A DNA stretch of 64,000 nucleotides from Sphyrna mokarran (taxonomy: Eukaryota): positions 12,834,001-12,898,000 of the forward strand of contig JAGIQG010000016.1 of NCBI GenBank assembly GCA_024679065.1. The letters are read 5' to 3'. Positions within the stretch are counted from its first letter, which is position 1. Each line of letters opens with the position of its first letter. The position numbers and the translations under genes were made by a program. Of the stretch, positions 10,950 to 25,680 are shown piece by piece. The notes beneath the pieces are model-generated. The model saw only the letters and a program-made list of their open reading frames with translations, had not been told where the DNA came from and ran no database searches.

Positions 10950-13900
10950 GCGTCAGAAATCCAAGGTAACACCATACGAAATTGTCCTGAAGTATTTGTT
11001 GATTTGGGAATGCAGTCGGCATTGACCATAGTGCTATTACTTGTAAGATAGCTATAGAGAGTGATATGTTTGACTCAAAAGTTAAAATTCTAAATTGGGT
11101 TAAGGCAAATTTTGATGCTGCCAAGCGGAATATTCAACAGTTACTTGGAGAGTATGTGAGAAGGCAAACGGAAGACTGGTAAGGGGCAGGCTTTCAAAAG
11201 AGCGTTAACCAGGAAACAGGGTAAACACATCCCTTTTATAGTGAAGGGCAAGACTAGCAGAAGTAGCTATCGCTGGATGACTGGGGATATTGAGGCTCTA
11301 GTCAAGAAGCAGAAAGAGGTGCATGCCATGTATTGGCAACTGGAATCAAGCGAATCCCTTGATGAATATAAGAGGTATAAGTATACAGTTAAGAGAAAAA
11401 TCAGCAGAGCAGAAATGAGGCATCAGATTGTTTTGGCACATAACAAAGGAGAATCCAGAGATTTTACAAATACATAAAGCGCGAAAGAGTAAAGGGAGAG
11501 AGAGGGCAGGACCGTTCAGGATCAGTAAGGTCATGTGTGGATCCACAGGAGATGGGTGAGATCCCAACTGGATATATCTCATCTATATTTATTATGTTAG
11601 GAGAGTTGTGGAAACAATTAGTGGCATATCACAGAGAAGGATTTCCTAAGAATCTTACAGCACATCACGGTAGATAAATTCCCGGGAAGTGATGACATGT
11701 ATCCCAGGACCTTGTGGGAGGGAGGGAAGGACATTGCAGGTCCCCTAACAGAGATATTTGAATCATCCATAGTGATGGATGAGGTGTCTGAAGATTGGAG
11801 AGAGGCAAATGTTGCATGTTTGCTTAAGAATGGCTGCAGCGAAAAGCTTGGAAACTACCGGGCAGTAAAACTCACATCTGTTGTGGATAAGCTGTTGAAA
11901 GGTATTTTGAGAGACGTTTTTTACAGGCATTTAGAGACGCAGGAACTGATTAGGGCAGTCAACATCACTTTGTGAGTGGAAAATCATGTCGCACAAATTT
12001 AGTTGAGTTTTTGAAGGGGTAATCACAAATGTAAATGGGGGCAGTGTAGTTGATAGTTTCGACTTTGAAAAGGTATTCATTGTACATAGAACATAGAACA
12101 TTACAGCACAGAACAGGCCCTTCGGCCTTCGATGTTGCGCCGACCAATATAAAAAGCAATGCCCCTCCAAACTAAACCATTCCCTTCTCTTCCATATACT
12201 TATCAACTAACCTCTTAACGCCACCAAACTTGGCGCATCTACAACTGCTGCAGGCAGGGCATTCCACTCCCGAACCACCTTTGGGTAAAGAACCTACCTC
12301 TGATATCCGTCCTATAACTATCACCCCTTAATTTAAAGCTGTGTCCCCTCGTGCTAGCTTTTTCCATCCTAGGAAAAAGGCTATCACTATCCACCCTATC
12401 TATACCTCTAATCATCTTATAGGTTTCGATTAGGTCTCCTCTTAGCCGCCTCCTTTCTAACGAAAACAACCTCAAATCCCTCAGCCTCTCTTCATAAGAC
12501 CTGCCCTCCATACCATGCAACATCCTGGTAAACCTCCTCTGTACCCTCTCCAATGCCTCCACATCTTTCTTATAATGTTGGGACCAGAACTGCACACAAT
12601 ACTCCAAGTGCGGCCGCACTAGAGTTTTGTACAGTTGCAACATGACGTTGCGGCTCCGAAATTCAATCCCGCTACCAATAAAAGCTAAGACTCCATATGC
12701 CTTCTTAACAACCTTCTCGACTTGACTGCCTACTTTCAGGGATCTACGCACATACACACCAAGATCCCTCTGTTCATCTAGACTACTAAGAATCCTACCA
12801 TTTGCCCTATACTCTACACATTTATTATTTCTGCCATAGTGCATTACCTCACACTTTTCCACATTAAACTTCATTTGCTACCTCTCGGCCCAGCTCTGCA
12901 ACTTGTCCAAGTCCCTCTGCAAACTAGAACACCCCTCTTCACTGTCTACCACTCCACCGACTTTAGTGTCATCTGCAAATTTACTAATCCATCCTTCAAT
13001 ACCCTCATCCAGCTCATTTATAAAAATTACCAACAGCAGGGGCCCCAAAACAGACCCCTGAGGTACACCACTTGTCACCGAACTCCACGATGAATATCTC
13101 CCATCAACCACCACCCTCTTTCTTCTATCTGCTAGCCAATTCCTAACCTAATTAGCTAAATCACCCTCTATCCCATACATCTGCATTTTCTGCAGAAGTC
13201 TTCCATGGGCCACCTTATCAAACGCCTTACTAAAGTCCATATATACCACATCAACCACCTTACCCCCATCCCCCTCCTTAGTCACTTTTTCAAAAAACTC
13301 AATGAGGTTAGTAAGGCACGACCTACCCTTCACAAAACCATGCTGACTATCTCCAATCAATTCATTACTCTCTAAATAACTATAAATCCTATCCCTAATT
13401 ATTCTCTCCAATGCTTTGCCCACCACAGAATTAAGACTCACTGGCCTATAATTCCCTGGAAGGTCTCTCTTCCCCTTCTTGAACAACGGGACCACATTCG
13501 CTATCCTCCAGTCCTCCGGAACCACACCCGTAACCAACGAATCTCCAATCTCTTCAGGCTCCACGCACAACTTTCCATTGCTGTCTATGACTGGCCCTAA
13601 TCTTGTCCTAACCAATCTTCTATTCTTAACATATCTAAAGAAAGCTTTAGGATTCTCCTTAATCCTATCAGCCAAAGTCTTCTCGTGCCCTCTCTTAGCT
13701 CCCCTCAGTTCACTCTTTAGCTCCCTCCTGGCTAATCTATAGCTATCCATTGCACTAACCGAGCCTTCAAGCCTCATCCTGACATAAGCCTCCTTTTTCC
13801 TTTTAATCAGCGAATCAACTTTTTTCGTACACCAAGGTTCTCTTACTCGAGCATTTCCTCCTTGCCTGACAGGGACATACTTAGCAAGGACTCGCAGCAG

Positions 13901-15510
13901 CTGCTCCTTGAATAAGCTCCACATTCCAGATGTTCCCAGTCCCTGTAGTTTCCTAGTCCAATCTATGCACCCTAATTCTCTCCTGATGGCCTCATAATTA
14001 CCCTTCCCCCAGCTATAACTACTGCCCCCAGCTTCACGCCTATCCCTATCCATCACTAAGGTGAACATAACCGAATTGTGGTCACTATCACCAAAATGTT
14101 CACTAACTTCCATGCCTAACACCTGGTCTGGCTCATTGCCCAGCACCAAATCCAATGTAGCCACACCTCTAGTTGGCCTATCCACATACTGAGTCAAAAA
14201 ACCTTCCTGCACGCTTTGTACGAAAACTGACCCCTCTAACGTGCTAGAGCTATAGCTATTCCAATCAATATTAATAAAGTTAAAGTCCCCCATAACAATT
14301 ACACTATTACATTCACTCCTGACCAGAATTGACTTTGCAATCCTTTCCTCAACCTCTCTAGAACTTTTAGGAGGTCTATAAAAGACTCTCACGGGATCCA
14401 GGAAAATGTGTGTATTTGAATTCAAAATTGGGCTTCTTGAGAGAAGGTAAACAGTGGGTGTCGAGTGTTTATTTTTTTCAATCTGGAATCCTGTGGCCAG
14501 CAGTGTGTCTCTCAGATCAATGCTGGCTCCACTGTTATTTGTTATTTATCTTAATGATTTGGATGAAAATATAGGAAACATGGTTAGTAAGTTTGCAGAC
14601 AACACAAAGATTATTGGCGTAGAGGAGAGTAAATAAAGTTATCTCCGATTGCAACTGGATCTTGATAAATTCGGCTAGTGGGCTAGCGAATGGCAGAAGG
14701 AGTTTCATTTAGACAAATACGAGGTGATGCATTTCGAACGAGGCCAGAACTTTCTCAGTTAGTAGTTGGGCGTTGGGAAGAGTTGCAGAACAAAGAGATC
14801 TATGGGTACATATTCATAGCTCCTTGAATGTGCAGTCACAGGTGGACCGAATAGTGAAGAAGGCATTTAGCATGCTTGTTTCCATCGGTCAGAGCGTTTA
14901 ATGCAGGGGTTGGAGGGTTTTGTGAAGTCTTACAAGAATTGCTAAGGCCAAACATAGAATACTGTGTGCAGGGTTGGTCACCATATTATGGATAGGATAT
15001 TATTAAAATAGAAATAACACAGAAAAAACGGATTATTGGTGATGCTACCGGGATATGATGGTTCGAGTTATAAAGAGAGGCTGCATATGCCGGACCTTTT
15101 ATCTCTGGTGCATTGTGGAGTCATATTTTAGAGGTCAATAAAATAATAGGGCACATATCAGCTAAATAGCCAATAAATTTTACCAAAGATGAGAGAGCCT
15201 AAAACTAGAAGGCATAGTTTTAGGGTAAGAGGAACGAGATACAAAAATGTCCACAGGGGCAACTTTGTCACACAGATGGTGGTGCGTGTCTGGAACAAAC
15301 TGCCAGAGGTAATCGCAGAGACGAGTGCAATTTTGCCTTTAAAAACACTTAGATCGTTAGATGTATAAGATGGTATAGAGAATATAGGCCAAATGCTGGC
15401 AAGTGGGATCAGTTCACGGGTTTAAAGAGGGTGGCATGGAAAAGTTGGATCGAAGCATATTTTTTTTCTTGTTTTGTTTTCCAATCGGTAATCTCCTATG
15501 ATTCTCTGGT
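10950..15510 (+). mobile_element. Older CR1 LINE (ORF2 remnants) interrupted by a younger antisense CR1
   Basis: YPRTLWE...EDWREANV...NYRAVKLTSVV before 12083; LAPLLFVIYLNDLD...SKFADNTK after 14390; 3' end near 15500. Confidence 0.9.
12084..14390 (-). mobile_element. Young CR1 LINE, truncated within the APE endonuclease; ORF2 pseudogenised
   Basis: APE motifs GDFN, LDLV, SDHN; RT motifs [14 protein letters not shown]; the three ORF pieces share one frame, split by two TAG codons; tail acatagaacatagaac. Confidence 0.98.
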
Positions 15511-16567
15511 TGAGACTCCAGTTCCAAGCCTAAAGTTCTTTAAATGGTTGAGGTGTATTGGATAGATAAATGTACATTTCTATGTTTAAAACAGCACATC
15601 TCGTTAATAATAATAATTTTAAAAATGAAGTTCTGTGAGATTGATAATTCATGCAGTTGATTATGGAATGGAGATTTGTACTTACGAGCTAAAGCAATGC
15701 ATTGCCTCATATGATCTGATACATAATTTTGACACTAAATTGATATGCAATAATAACGAAAATACGTTATTCAGCAATGATTTTGAGTGTTTGTTAAAAA
15801 TGTGAGGATCATTAAAGAAAGTAGGTGATATCAAGAGCCATGCATCCCAGAGATCAAGTTTCATGATTTGTGTTAAATGACCAGAGTTTCATACATCGCA
15901 CTTGCCATTAAGTTTTGCAATTAGAATCTAAAATTGAATGCTAGTCCCACTAATTGTGACGTATGAAATAACGAAGAAGTATTGAAGTATATCAATTTGG
16001 CTGTTTAGGGAATGTTAAATGGCGCCTCTCTTTCTTTGGTAACACGACACAGTTAGGATGTTTCCACGCAAGGCACTCATCATCCCAACATGAAAATAAT
16101 CCACCGTCTCATCACGGTTGATGGGTCAACGTAGTGGAATATTCAAAATAACGAATTTGTGGTTGTTCATCTATCTAAAGGACCGCCGTTCCTCAAAATG
16201 GCAGCTCTCTCTGAAGGGCATCTCTGGATTGGTAATACTTTCTGACTCTAAAAGTTATTTTAAACTAAATTGTAGTCGGCTGTGCTTACTTCCCATGATG
16301 AAATAAATTAAACTTTAGAGAACCCTTATTTTCATGTTTTTTTTTTTCACTTTCAGATCCCCAAATCGGGACAACTGTACTTGTTGCTCTCAATTGGGAA
16401 TCCTTGCACTGGGGTGCCTAAATTCACCATGAACGTTTGAAGGTTTTGGCTCTTAGGATCTAGTTCTGAAAAGCAGCATAGCTTCTGGCGATAGCATTCC
16501 TGATGCCTAACGTTGGCATTACAAAATAATGCTGAAATGCTTCTATGTTTGCCTTTTCATGACGCAG

Positions 16568-16588
16568 AATTAAAGACAATTGGAGGAG
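16568..16588 (+). CDS. 21-nt phase-1 heptad microexon (ELKTIGG)
   Basis: tgtttgccttttcatgacgcAG|AATTAAAGACAATTGGAGGAG|GTaatt; first 9 nt identical to the 26105 exon. Confidence 0.7.
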
Positions 16589-17479
16589 GTAATTGCATAA
16601 CCACATAAAAATCAAGTTTCCTGTAAAATCTATTTTGGGTTTAGGTGCTAGAATTCTAGATGAAGAATTCGTGAGTTTGTTCATTAAGTTATTTAATTAG
16701 GCACTCACAGTGCTACCGAAGTTGCAGATAATAAATTGGAGTTCACCAATGATTAAAATGTCAGCATTTGCAACACGTTAAACCTAATTTTCAGACTTGC
16801 ATACAACATTGATTAGAGGGCAATCGTTTCACAGCCAGCTGTTCTGCCATCTACTGAGTTGCATTAATCATAGAACATTTGCGGAAATCAGATAATTGTA
16901 TGATTTGCCTTTCCATGCTCAATACAAGCTGGAGTTTTGTCACATATCCTCCGAAATTTGCAGTACAATTATTGTGAAACATGGGTGGAATTTTCCTAGT
17001 GCCTAGTCTTTGTCGACAAAATTAATTCTGAACATGACAATATGTCAGCAAATAAACACATGGACTGAAAACTGTGCACGTTTTCCTTGTCACAAATCTG
17101 CATGAGAACTAATTACATTGTTTTGCTATATAAGTCGCAATGCATCGACAATTATCATTTCAACTGTAGGGTATGCTCAAAATGATGAACAATCATTAAC
17201 AATAACACGTAAAGAAGGAACTGGAGACTATAACACATTTAGCGCAGATGAGGATACGGTACAGGGTCAGCAGGTTGAAGTTAATAATTGTTCTTGTTTA
17301 ATATGGTCATATGTCTATGTAGTTTTTGGTCTAGATTGTTGTAACAGATAAACCTCTGGGTGAAGCATGCACTTGTGACAGTAGAATCAGCACAGTCCAA
17401 AAGAAGCAATTTGTATTAACTTAGTTTTCCTGACACACCGACACGCCCATGTTACTCATGCTCACGTTTTGCATAGAAG

Positions 17480-17690
17480 TCATGGAGATCCACTTAAACA
17501 GCATATTTTGTGACAGTAGAAGGCAAATTTCCATTGCTAAGCAGCATTTTTGAATTGTGGATGGCAACATGAATACCCTGAAGAAACCTACATCAGCAAG
17601 GGGAGAATAGGCAAAGTCCACGCAGACAGATGTCAAGCTGAATTGGAACCTGGGTCTTGGCACTTCGAAGCAGCTATCTCAAATTTCGGT
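17480..17690 (-). mobile_element. Decayed tRNA-derived SINE
   Basis: gggagaataggcaaagtccacgcagaca...aattggaacctgggtc motifs. Confidence 0.6.
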
Positions 17691-19479
17691 CACTAAAAAT
17701 ATTTGTCCTTACCATAGCAACTACCCTCTTCCAATTTTTAAGGACTTCTTCGTAATTTCATTTGTTTTGGAGCACATTAAAATAGATTTAGTTGGGGTTG
17801 GATTCTTCATTCTGAGTGACAGTGACAAATATCTGTTCCTCTCCTTCCACGTCACTGCCGTAGTACGGTTCAGCATGTTCACATGAGGTATTCCGTATTT
17901 CCTTTACTATCCAGCAACTTCACCAGACAATGTCCTTGAATTTGCAGCTTATCAACACGACCCGAACCAATGACACTTCTATTGGAAGTGACCTCCTACC
18001 AGTTGTAATATCATAACGAGATTAACTCCACCGAAACAATATGCGAGGTTTACATGTAATACCTACTCCTGACTTCATTAGGTGTTTGTCTACTTCAAAT
18101 TTTAAGAGCTATTTCACGTGCTAAGTTTAATGTTTCTCTCTTTATCAGTCATGATTTAATGGCGGAGCCAAGTACCTATTTCTGCTCCAATTCTTACGGT
18201 CTAATAGTCTCACATGCGACATATAATCCAACTATGTTTTTTCTAACCGTTAGACCTCCCAGCTTTTCCTTGATTACTGTCGAAAGACTCTTGCTTTCTG
18301 CCTGAATATCAACTCAAAAATGGTAAACTGAATTGATAAATTTAGAGCACGCTTAACTGAATCTCTTAAAAAAAAATATGATATCTTCATCCCAATCAGT
18401 TGCTTAATCTGGGCATTAAATTTCAAAGTGGTCTTATGATCTAATGCCACCTTTCCAATTCCCACCATGATTCAGGACGGTATAGATTCAAAAGAAAAAG
18501 TTTGACACTGAAACTAATTATGGACTCATTAAACCAATTTGGCAGTAAAATTGAACCTTTGTTCTGACTGAATTTCCGGAGTGAAGGTTAAGACAACATA
18601 ACAAATTTCCAACTAACATTTTGCCTTGAAATTTCACAAAGCAATTGCCTCTGCAAACCTGGTAGACAAATCAGTGACGATTATCAAAAAACGGTCCCCA
18701 TGTTTGTTTTATGGAGGCAAACTACACAATCAATTACCGGTACAAATATTCTTCAAATAGCGGGTTTTCATTTCAAATGTGTTTTTTTTTTAACCACCGA
18801 TTGTGGCTGTCGAACCACCGACACGTAGGACAGGTACAGCCAAAAACCACCACATCTTTTTGTAATCCAGGCCACAGAAAAGTGTTTCTGCATCTTAGGC
18901 TGAGTCGTTCTCAACCCAAAAGCTCTACTACAGGAAGTTTGCTTACTAACGGTAATACCTTCAGTCTGTATTTTGCCAGTGATACAATCTGCTGAACCTC
19001 TGTCGTATTCTCATCTGAGCTGAAGTGTCATGGTCTCCAGTTCCTCCTTTGCATTTTATTGTTAATGTATAAGCATTGTGGAATACCACTGATCTCTTTA
19101 CTGAGTAGGCCATCTGATATAAATCGTGTATTGCCTGATCTTTTTGTGGTAACAACAGCTGTGTCTCTGATGTAAACATCTCTGTCTGATTCTCCACTTG
19201 CTCTTTTTTTACATCTCATCTGAGTGTCAGCTAATCGGACATCAATGTCTTTATCTTTTCGTGTCGTTCTTCCATCCTTCTTTTAACTCATGGCTATCGA
19301 ATCTTGTCACCATGCAGTCAGGAAATATTACTGGGCATGATTAGTTTAACTGCTCAGTTCCCTAGTTTGTTTTATTTCCTTTTTTAGTACAATGTGTATC
19401 ACTTTCTCATGTGTTCTGGATATATCATTCAGAATGATAAACTGTATTACTGAAAGTGTCTGGTTGTTAAAAATTCGTA

Positions 19480-20160
19480 AAATCACTTCCCCTGACTGGA
19501 TTGGACATTCCATCCTTAGCTTACACAAGGACCCCCTAATCATTTTTCTATGTGTTCCAGATGAAGCCTTTCGGGGAATATTTCACTAAGAGTTCAAATA
19601 GTCTCGACTCTTACAATGAGGGACAGATAAGCTTCGTTGCCTCCATTATTTAACTTCTATACCTACTTCTGCTGTTCTATCCAAGTAAGCCTTATGCACA
19701 AAGCTAAGGTCTTTGAAAATATTGGGCGTTAACTCGTCATCCAGCCTGTATCCGGGCTGTGCACTCTCCTTCAACTCCATTATTTCTCTCGGGATGTATT
19801 TCACTGCCTTAACTAACCCATTGCTTTAACCTCTTTTTGCACATTTTATTTTTCCCCCAATGTCCTTCTAAAAAGCACTCTGCCTTTATGTATCCCAGCT
19901 TTTTGCAATGAAAATACTCGATGTATTTAACCTCTTTTCCACATCTCACATTTCTGAACGCTTGTCTATAAGATTTTGGTAACAAATCATAAGCAATCTT
20001 TATCTCTTCGCATTATCGTGACACCATCTCTGACAGTGCTGCAAACACTCCTGTCTACCAGTTTGGTCTGAAATAAAAATGCCCACGCATCTTCTTAACA
20101 GTTCATCTGTGTTGTCAAATTCTCAAAAGGTAATGAATAAAGCGTCTACACTCGTTTCGT
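19480..20160 (-). mobile_element. Highly decayed CR1 3' fragment
   Basis: Antisense remnants of the ORF2 C-terminus and 3' UTR. Confidence 0.45.
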
Positions 20161-21049
20161 GCAATGTGGGAATTTTTGGGTACATTTATGCATAACCGTA
20201 CCAGATGGCTAGCTACCACGATTTTACTCTCCATCACTTCTATTTTATATTCTTTCTCCAGTGAATTGAAGTCTTGTTGTTTTCAATTGCAACGTCATGA
20301 TTTCCAACTCAATCAATATTTCCTTCTCTCTTTTTTTCTTACCCGTTCTTCTTTTTCCCCTTCCATTCATCTTTCTTATCTTCCCCTGACAAGAAAACTT
20401 TTTTTTTATCAATCATTTTAAAACAGGTACTCAGCTACCATGGCCTTATAATTTTGGACTTGATGGTGCTGACTACATGAGACCAAACATATTGCAGGGA
20501 AATCGCTACAACGTCACAGCTATAATCGAGAGTGCAGTGAAGAAAAAAAAGAGAAATCTTTGTTCTACAAATGTCTTGCTTCATTCATCGTTATTCTAGC
20601 TCTATTTGTTTCATTTGCTACTTGCCTTTTCCACCGTCAGTGTATTTGACAGTTATTCTAGAATGCATATCGTCTTGGCTAATTTCGTTGCAACTTCAGT
20701 TTTCTTATTATCGATGGAACATTTCAATTTTAGTCTGTTTCCTAATTCTATAAACGTGAAATGTTCTGTTTCTGTACAAATTCCAGAGGAATCTTCGACT
20801 TTCAGAGCCTTTTTGTCAATATTCAAACCAGTTTCCTCACTTAAGGTTTATTTAAAGAGCTTTAACTGTCAGGTCCCGGTCTGTAGGTCCAAATCTGTTG
20901 ATCCCATTTAGTGGAATAGTTCCGAAGAGGAATACAGGGCCACATAATCTGTCAAAATTGTATAGGAAAGTGTGACATGTTTTTTTTCAGTAATGTTTAG
21001 TTGTTATCTAATATAAATAGCTAACGCTCACTTAATTAAAACATATGCG

Positions 21050-21076
21050 TGTAGATAGATAAATAGATAGATATAT

Positions 21077-21123
<47 letters not shown>
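21050..21123. repeat. Compound (AGAT)/(AC)/(AT) microsatellite
   Basis: Directly visible. Confidence 0.9.
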
Positions 21124-21124
<1 letters not shown>

Positions 21125-21944
21125 CCTTGAAATGAATAGTATATCGATTAAATTCAGATTGTTATAAAATGTTGTTCAAATAAATGCAACGCTTATTTGT
21201 TACACAAAATTATATTCATTGAATAAAGTCACTTAAAATTATAACCAAATTTGTGAGTTCGAAATCATCTCTGATTAGGGACCTTTCGCTAGTTGGATGG
21301 CGTATTCGCTTAAGATACTCCCACTTGCGTTGTTCTATTGCCGTCTTTTCTTCTTCATCGCTGCACTTCCGTTTTTATCTTTGACGTTCGATCCGTTTTC
21401 CTGCAAGAGACTAGTCTCATATTGTCGACACCATCAAATTCACATTTAAAAATTTCATGGTAGCTGAATGCCTGCTTTAAAATGATTGGGCGAAATAATA
21501 TAAAAAAAGTACAAGTTGCCTTGCCAAGACGACTACTTGACATGTTGACAGTAATGTTTCCGCTCGGACTCTGTACTTAATTTGCATTCTAAACATTGGA
21601 GTACTGTAACAAAGCATAGCTCTTTTTTTTCCTTCAGCATTCATACATTTTTTTAAAATCATTAACAGCATCAAATTCCATTTTCACAATGTCAACTTCG
21701 CAACAATTGACGTGCGCCCTTCAGAGGCTGCGCATAAACTCTTACACATTTTCTTCTGTTCAGCTCTACGACGAAGCTGCCTTCAAATATGAGGCCAATT
21801 TGTACAGATTATTCACTTGTTTTATGTGCTCTAGAAATCTGCTAATAACTGACATCTTTCGGACAAAGCCTCACAACAGAAACGAACACATATATCTCTT
21901 TCCCCAAATCCTCAACGTTCACTTTTCTGACACGCAACATGGAA

Positions 21945-22750
21945 GCAGAGAACACTCGAAACAGCAGTAGGCCATTCGGACTTTCCGCCTACTCTGCCAT
22001 TCATTTTGAACATGGCTGATCATTGAATTTAGTGCTATTTCACTTTCTTTCTCCGTAGCTTAATTTCTTCCTGAAACCAGATAATGCTTCAGCATCAATT
22101 TATTTCTTTGGTCGTGTAATACATGCATTCATTATCCTCTCAATGATGCATCTTTTTTTTTCCTTAAGTAAGTACTAAAAGGTTTGTCCCTCACTCTCAA
22201 ACAATGCAGACAAGTTCTGTACGCATTCACCATTGGGAAAACATTCTGAATCTACCTTCTTTAACAAGGTTAGGTTATTGTATGTATATATGAACTCGCG
22301 TATTTTTCCTCTAAACTTCAGTGAACATAAACCTAGCCTATAATCTTAATCGACATAATCGCTTTTCATGTGATTTGCCATTGCAGGAATCAGCCTGCTA
22401 AACATTCGCCATATTCTCTCCATAACAAGACATTATTCGTCCAATAAAACTCACCGCAATAGCCATCGTATGGACTCACCTATATAATGCAGCAAAGCAT
22501 CGTGATTCCCCCCAAAAAACGTTTTGAAGAATTGTTTCCTGCTGTATGTGCGTGCTTACTTTTAGGGACTTAATTAGGATGTCACCAAGATCTTTCTGAA
22601 CATCAACCTCTCTCAAATTACTCCTAGTGAAATAATAATCTGTCTGCTATAATAGCTACCAAAGTTAATAACATCATATTTAACCTCATTAAATTGAATC
22701 TGACATTCATATGAGCATACATCCAGCTTGTTCAAATCGCACAGAAACAT
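21945..22750 (-). mobile_element. Decayed CR1 3' fragment
   Basis: cagtaggccattcgg...ctctgccattc...catggctgatc inverted 3' end followed by ORF2 remnants. Confidence 0.65.
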
Positions 22751-24526
22751 CGTCTTTAGAGTTTACGTTCCCAAAAATCGTTCCAGGTTTATTTGCTTCA
22801 CGCTGAACTCGATTATTCTGGATGTGATGCTGTCTGTTGGCCCGTTGTCAAATTATTCCCAGAAACCTTGTCCCGCTGCATCAAGTGTTGTATCTATACC
22901 CGTTTGTTTTCTTGTCTACACCTGGAAGAAAATATCTAGTTCACTTTAAATTTCCACTCTTCTGCCTCTTTCACCTGTTGGCTCCCTTCCTCTGAATATG
23001 CCTGCATTTCACATAATGGAGCAAATGACACAAGTCCTCTTGAGCTCATTTCATCAACGCCCGTTTTCCCGAAAAAAAACTACCCAACTTTCCCACTGTC
23101 TTCGCTTCAGTGATATCTGCCAGAATAATGCAGCATTCCAAACCCACTCCTCTGTAACGTTTTTAGTCTTCATTAACCATGTGCCTGCAATCCACATCAA
23201 TCCCGACAGCATTTAAACACTGTTTCAACTTGAATCAAGAATTAATTAACCAATACATTCAGGGTTCTTCTTTCCCCAGTACCAGTATATGTTCCCCGCT
23301 CTCCTCGTGCTTGAGCACGAAAGCCTCCGCTTTCTCAGGTTCATCAGGAAATCAGCATCAAACACTTACTTTACCAAAATCTACGATCAAGATGGGAAGA
23401 GGAGAGTTTGTGTGGCAAGTGTTGCAATCCATATTCCTCGTAACTTAATCTTCCCATCCCACGGTGGCCCAAGCACAATCACAAAGCTTACCACTTGTCA
23501 CCTTTCCATCAATGCAGTAAACAAACTTTTCTGGTTATGTAGATTTCAATTTCATCTATTAATATTTTGTTTGCCGTCTATTCTCCTCACACATAGTAAC
23601 TCATTCGTTGGGAATATTAAATATTGCATTACTTGTTCAACTGTCAATGTAAATGATGACAGCAAGTTAACAGGGGTGGGTCTTTCGGATATTCCATGAA
23701 TTTATTTCACAATGAATTCATGTAACATTTTGCGTAATATAAAAGCAATGTGGTAGGAAGTGTTTTAGGAGTGCTATTTTCGTGCATACAGTTGAGGAAA
23801 ATACAAGTAAGGTTTGAACAGCAAATCGGAGTCTCCCTGGGAAGACAACAGGCACTTTATCTTATGTACTTCGACACAGAAGGAGAAAGTGATCGTATGC
23901 TTCTAATTTTCCTTTCCTCATCTTGGTGATTTTATCAATAATAATTTACAATTTGAGAATAAACTAAAGTTTGTTCAATCCAAAGTAATGTTAATTTGTT
24001 GGAAGTGACACTACGAACGTAAGTTGTAACAACCACTTACAAGAGTTGGAACTTTGCATAATTTTTTTTTGAAGATTGATTAGAGGGTCGGCGAGTTCGA
24101 AAGGAATACCAATCTCGGTCCTGGGACACAGAATTTAATGCTCTTGCCTTTTTCTTAATCCAAGCAAAACGTCAAATTTTATATGCATACTTTCCAGGAT
24201 CAAGGCTAAATTTTGCTGGCAGTTCCGTGGCCCAGTAAAACTAACCTCTATAATTCCACGACTGACCAAATATTTTGTTTTAACACAGATTGTGATATAT
24301 AAAACACGTTAGCTGATAACTTCACAAATGCAGAACCTTTTGCTTTGCTGATTCTATGGTTCAAAAAAAAATGAATTTTGTTTAAAGACTCACAAATGAA
24401 GTTTTCTATTCAACGAATGACAAGGACGTCAAATAAAATGAATAGCAGTGATTGGATTACTAACATTCAAGCAATGAGCTAATGTTGAAGAAAACATTCT
24501 TAGAGTGTGGTCTTAAAGTTTTCACA

Positions 24527-25680
24527 GTCATAGAGGTTTACAGTGTGGAAAAGGCCCTTCGGCCAACTTGTCCATGCCAATTGTTTTTTAAACCCAGAAG
24601 CTAATCCCAATTACCCGCATTTGGCCCATTTATTGCTATACCCATGTTGTCCATGCAACTATCTAAATTATTTTTTTTAAGACACAAGTGTACCCGCCTT
24701 TACTACTACCTCTAGCAACTTGTTCTACGCACTCATCATCCTAAGTGTGAAAGAATTGGACTCTTTGTATCTCTCCCCGCTCACCTTAAAACACTTGTTT
24801 TAGACTCACCTATCTTTGGGAAAATGTATTGATAATCTAACTTAACTATGGCCTTCATTACTCTATAGATCTCTATAAGAACACTCCTCAGCCTCCTACG
24901 CTCCACAGAAAGAGAAATAAAAGTCCATCCAGTCTCTTCTGAAACCTCAAACCATTGAGTCCCTGTAGCATCCTAATAAATGCATTCTGCTCTCTTTCTA
25001 GATTAATAATATCCTACCTATAAGAGGGTGACCAGAACTGCAGACATTATTCCATTTGTGGCCTTACCAACGCCCTGTACAACTTCAACAGGACGCCCCA
25101 AATCCTGTACTCAGTGTTCTGAACGATGAAACTAAGCAGGTCGAATGCTTACTTCACCTCCCTGTCTAACTGTGACTCCACTTTCAAGGAGATTTGAAGA
25201 CGCACCCCTAGATTCCTTTCTTATGTAACTTTCGCCAATGCCCCACCATTAACTGATTGGGCCCTGCTCTGGTTCAATCCACCAAAATGCGTCACCTCAC
25301 ATTTGTCTAAATTAAACTCCATCTGCCATTCATCAACCCACTAGCCCAATTGATCAAGATTCTATTAGCAATCGAGATAATTTTCCTTGCTGCCCACGGT
25401 CCCTCAATCTCGGTTCATCTGCAAACTCATTAACGATGCTTCCTATGATCTTATCCAAATCATTAATATAAATTACAAATGGCCGAACAATTATTTTCTG
25501 TTCTGGCTGAGTTACGTTGCTTTCTGCTGCGGTACGTTCATCTTCCATTAAAGCAATTCATTTTTTCTACGGAAAAAAAATCTGACCTGCAATTTATTCC
25601 TGTAGAGGATTGGGCCATATTGCAATCACGCAACCCCACTTTTATTCTCTTATTTGCAACTTCACACTAATTTGTCCCAC
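24527..25680 (-). mobile_element. Older CR1 3' fragment
   Basis: gtcatagag...aaggcccttcggcc tail; FVIYINDLD...FADE in the 25354 ORF; same type as the 10950-15510 element. Confidence 0.9.

Noticed and set aside
12878-13150. Two Trp-to-TAG stops in CR1 ORF2 as APOBEC-type hypermutation
   Set aside because: Only two events; comparison with the 7733 copy showed no general G>A excess.
17170-17264. Acidic exon-like segment GYAQNDEQ...DEDTVQ
   Set aside because: Weak donors and no recognisable homology or partner exons.
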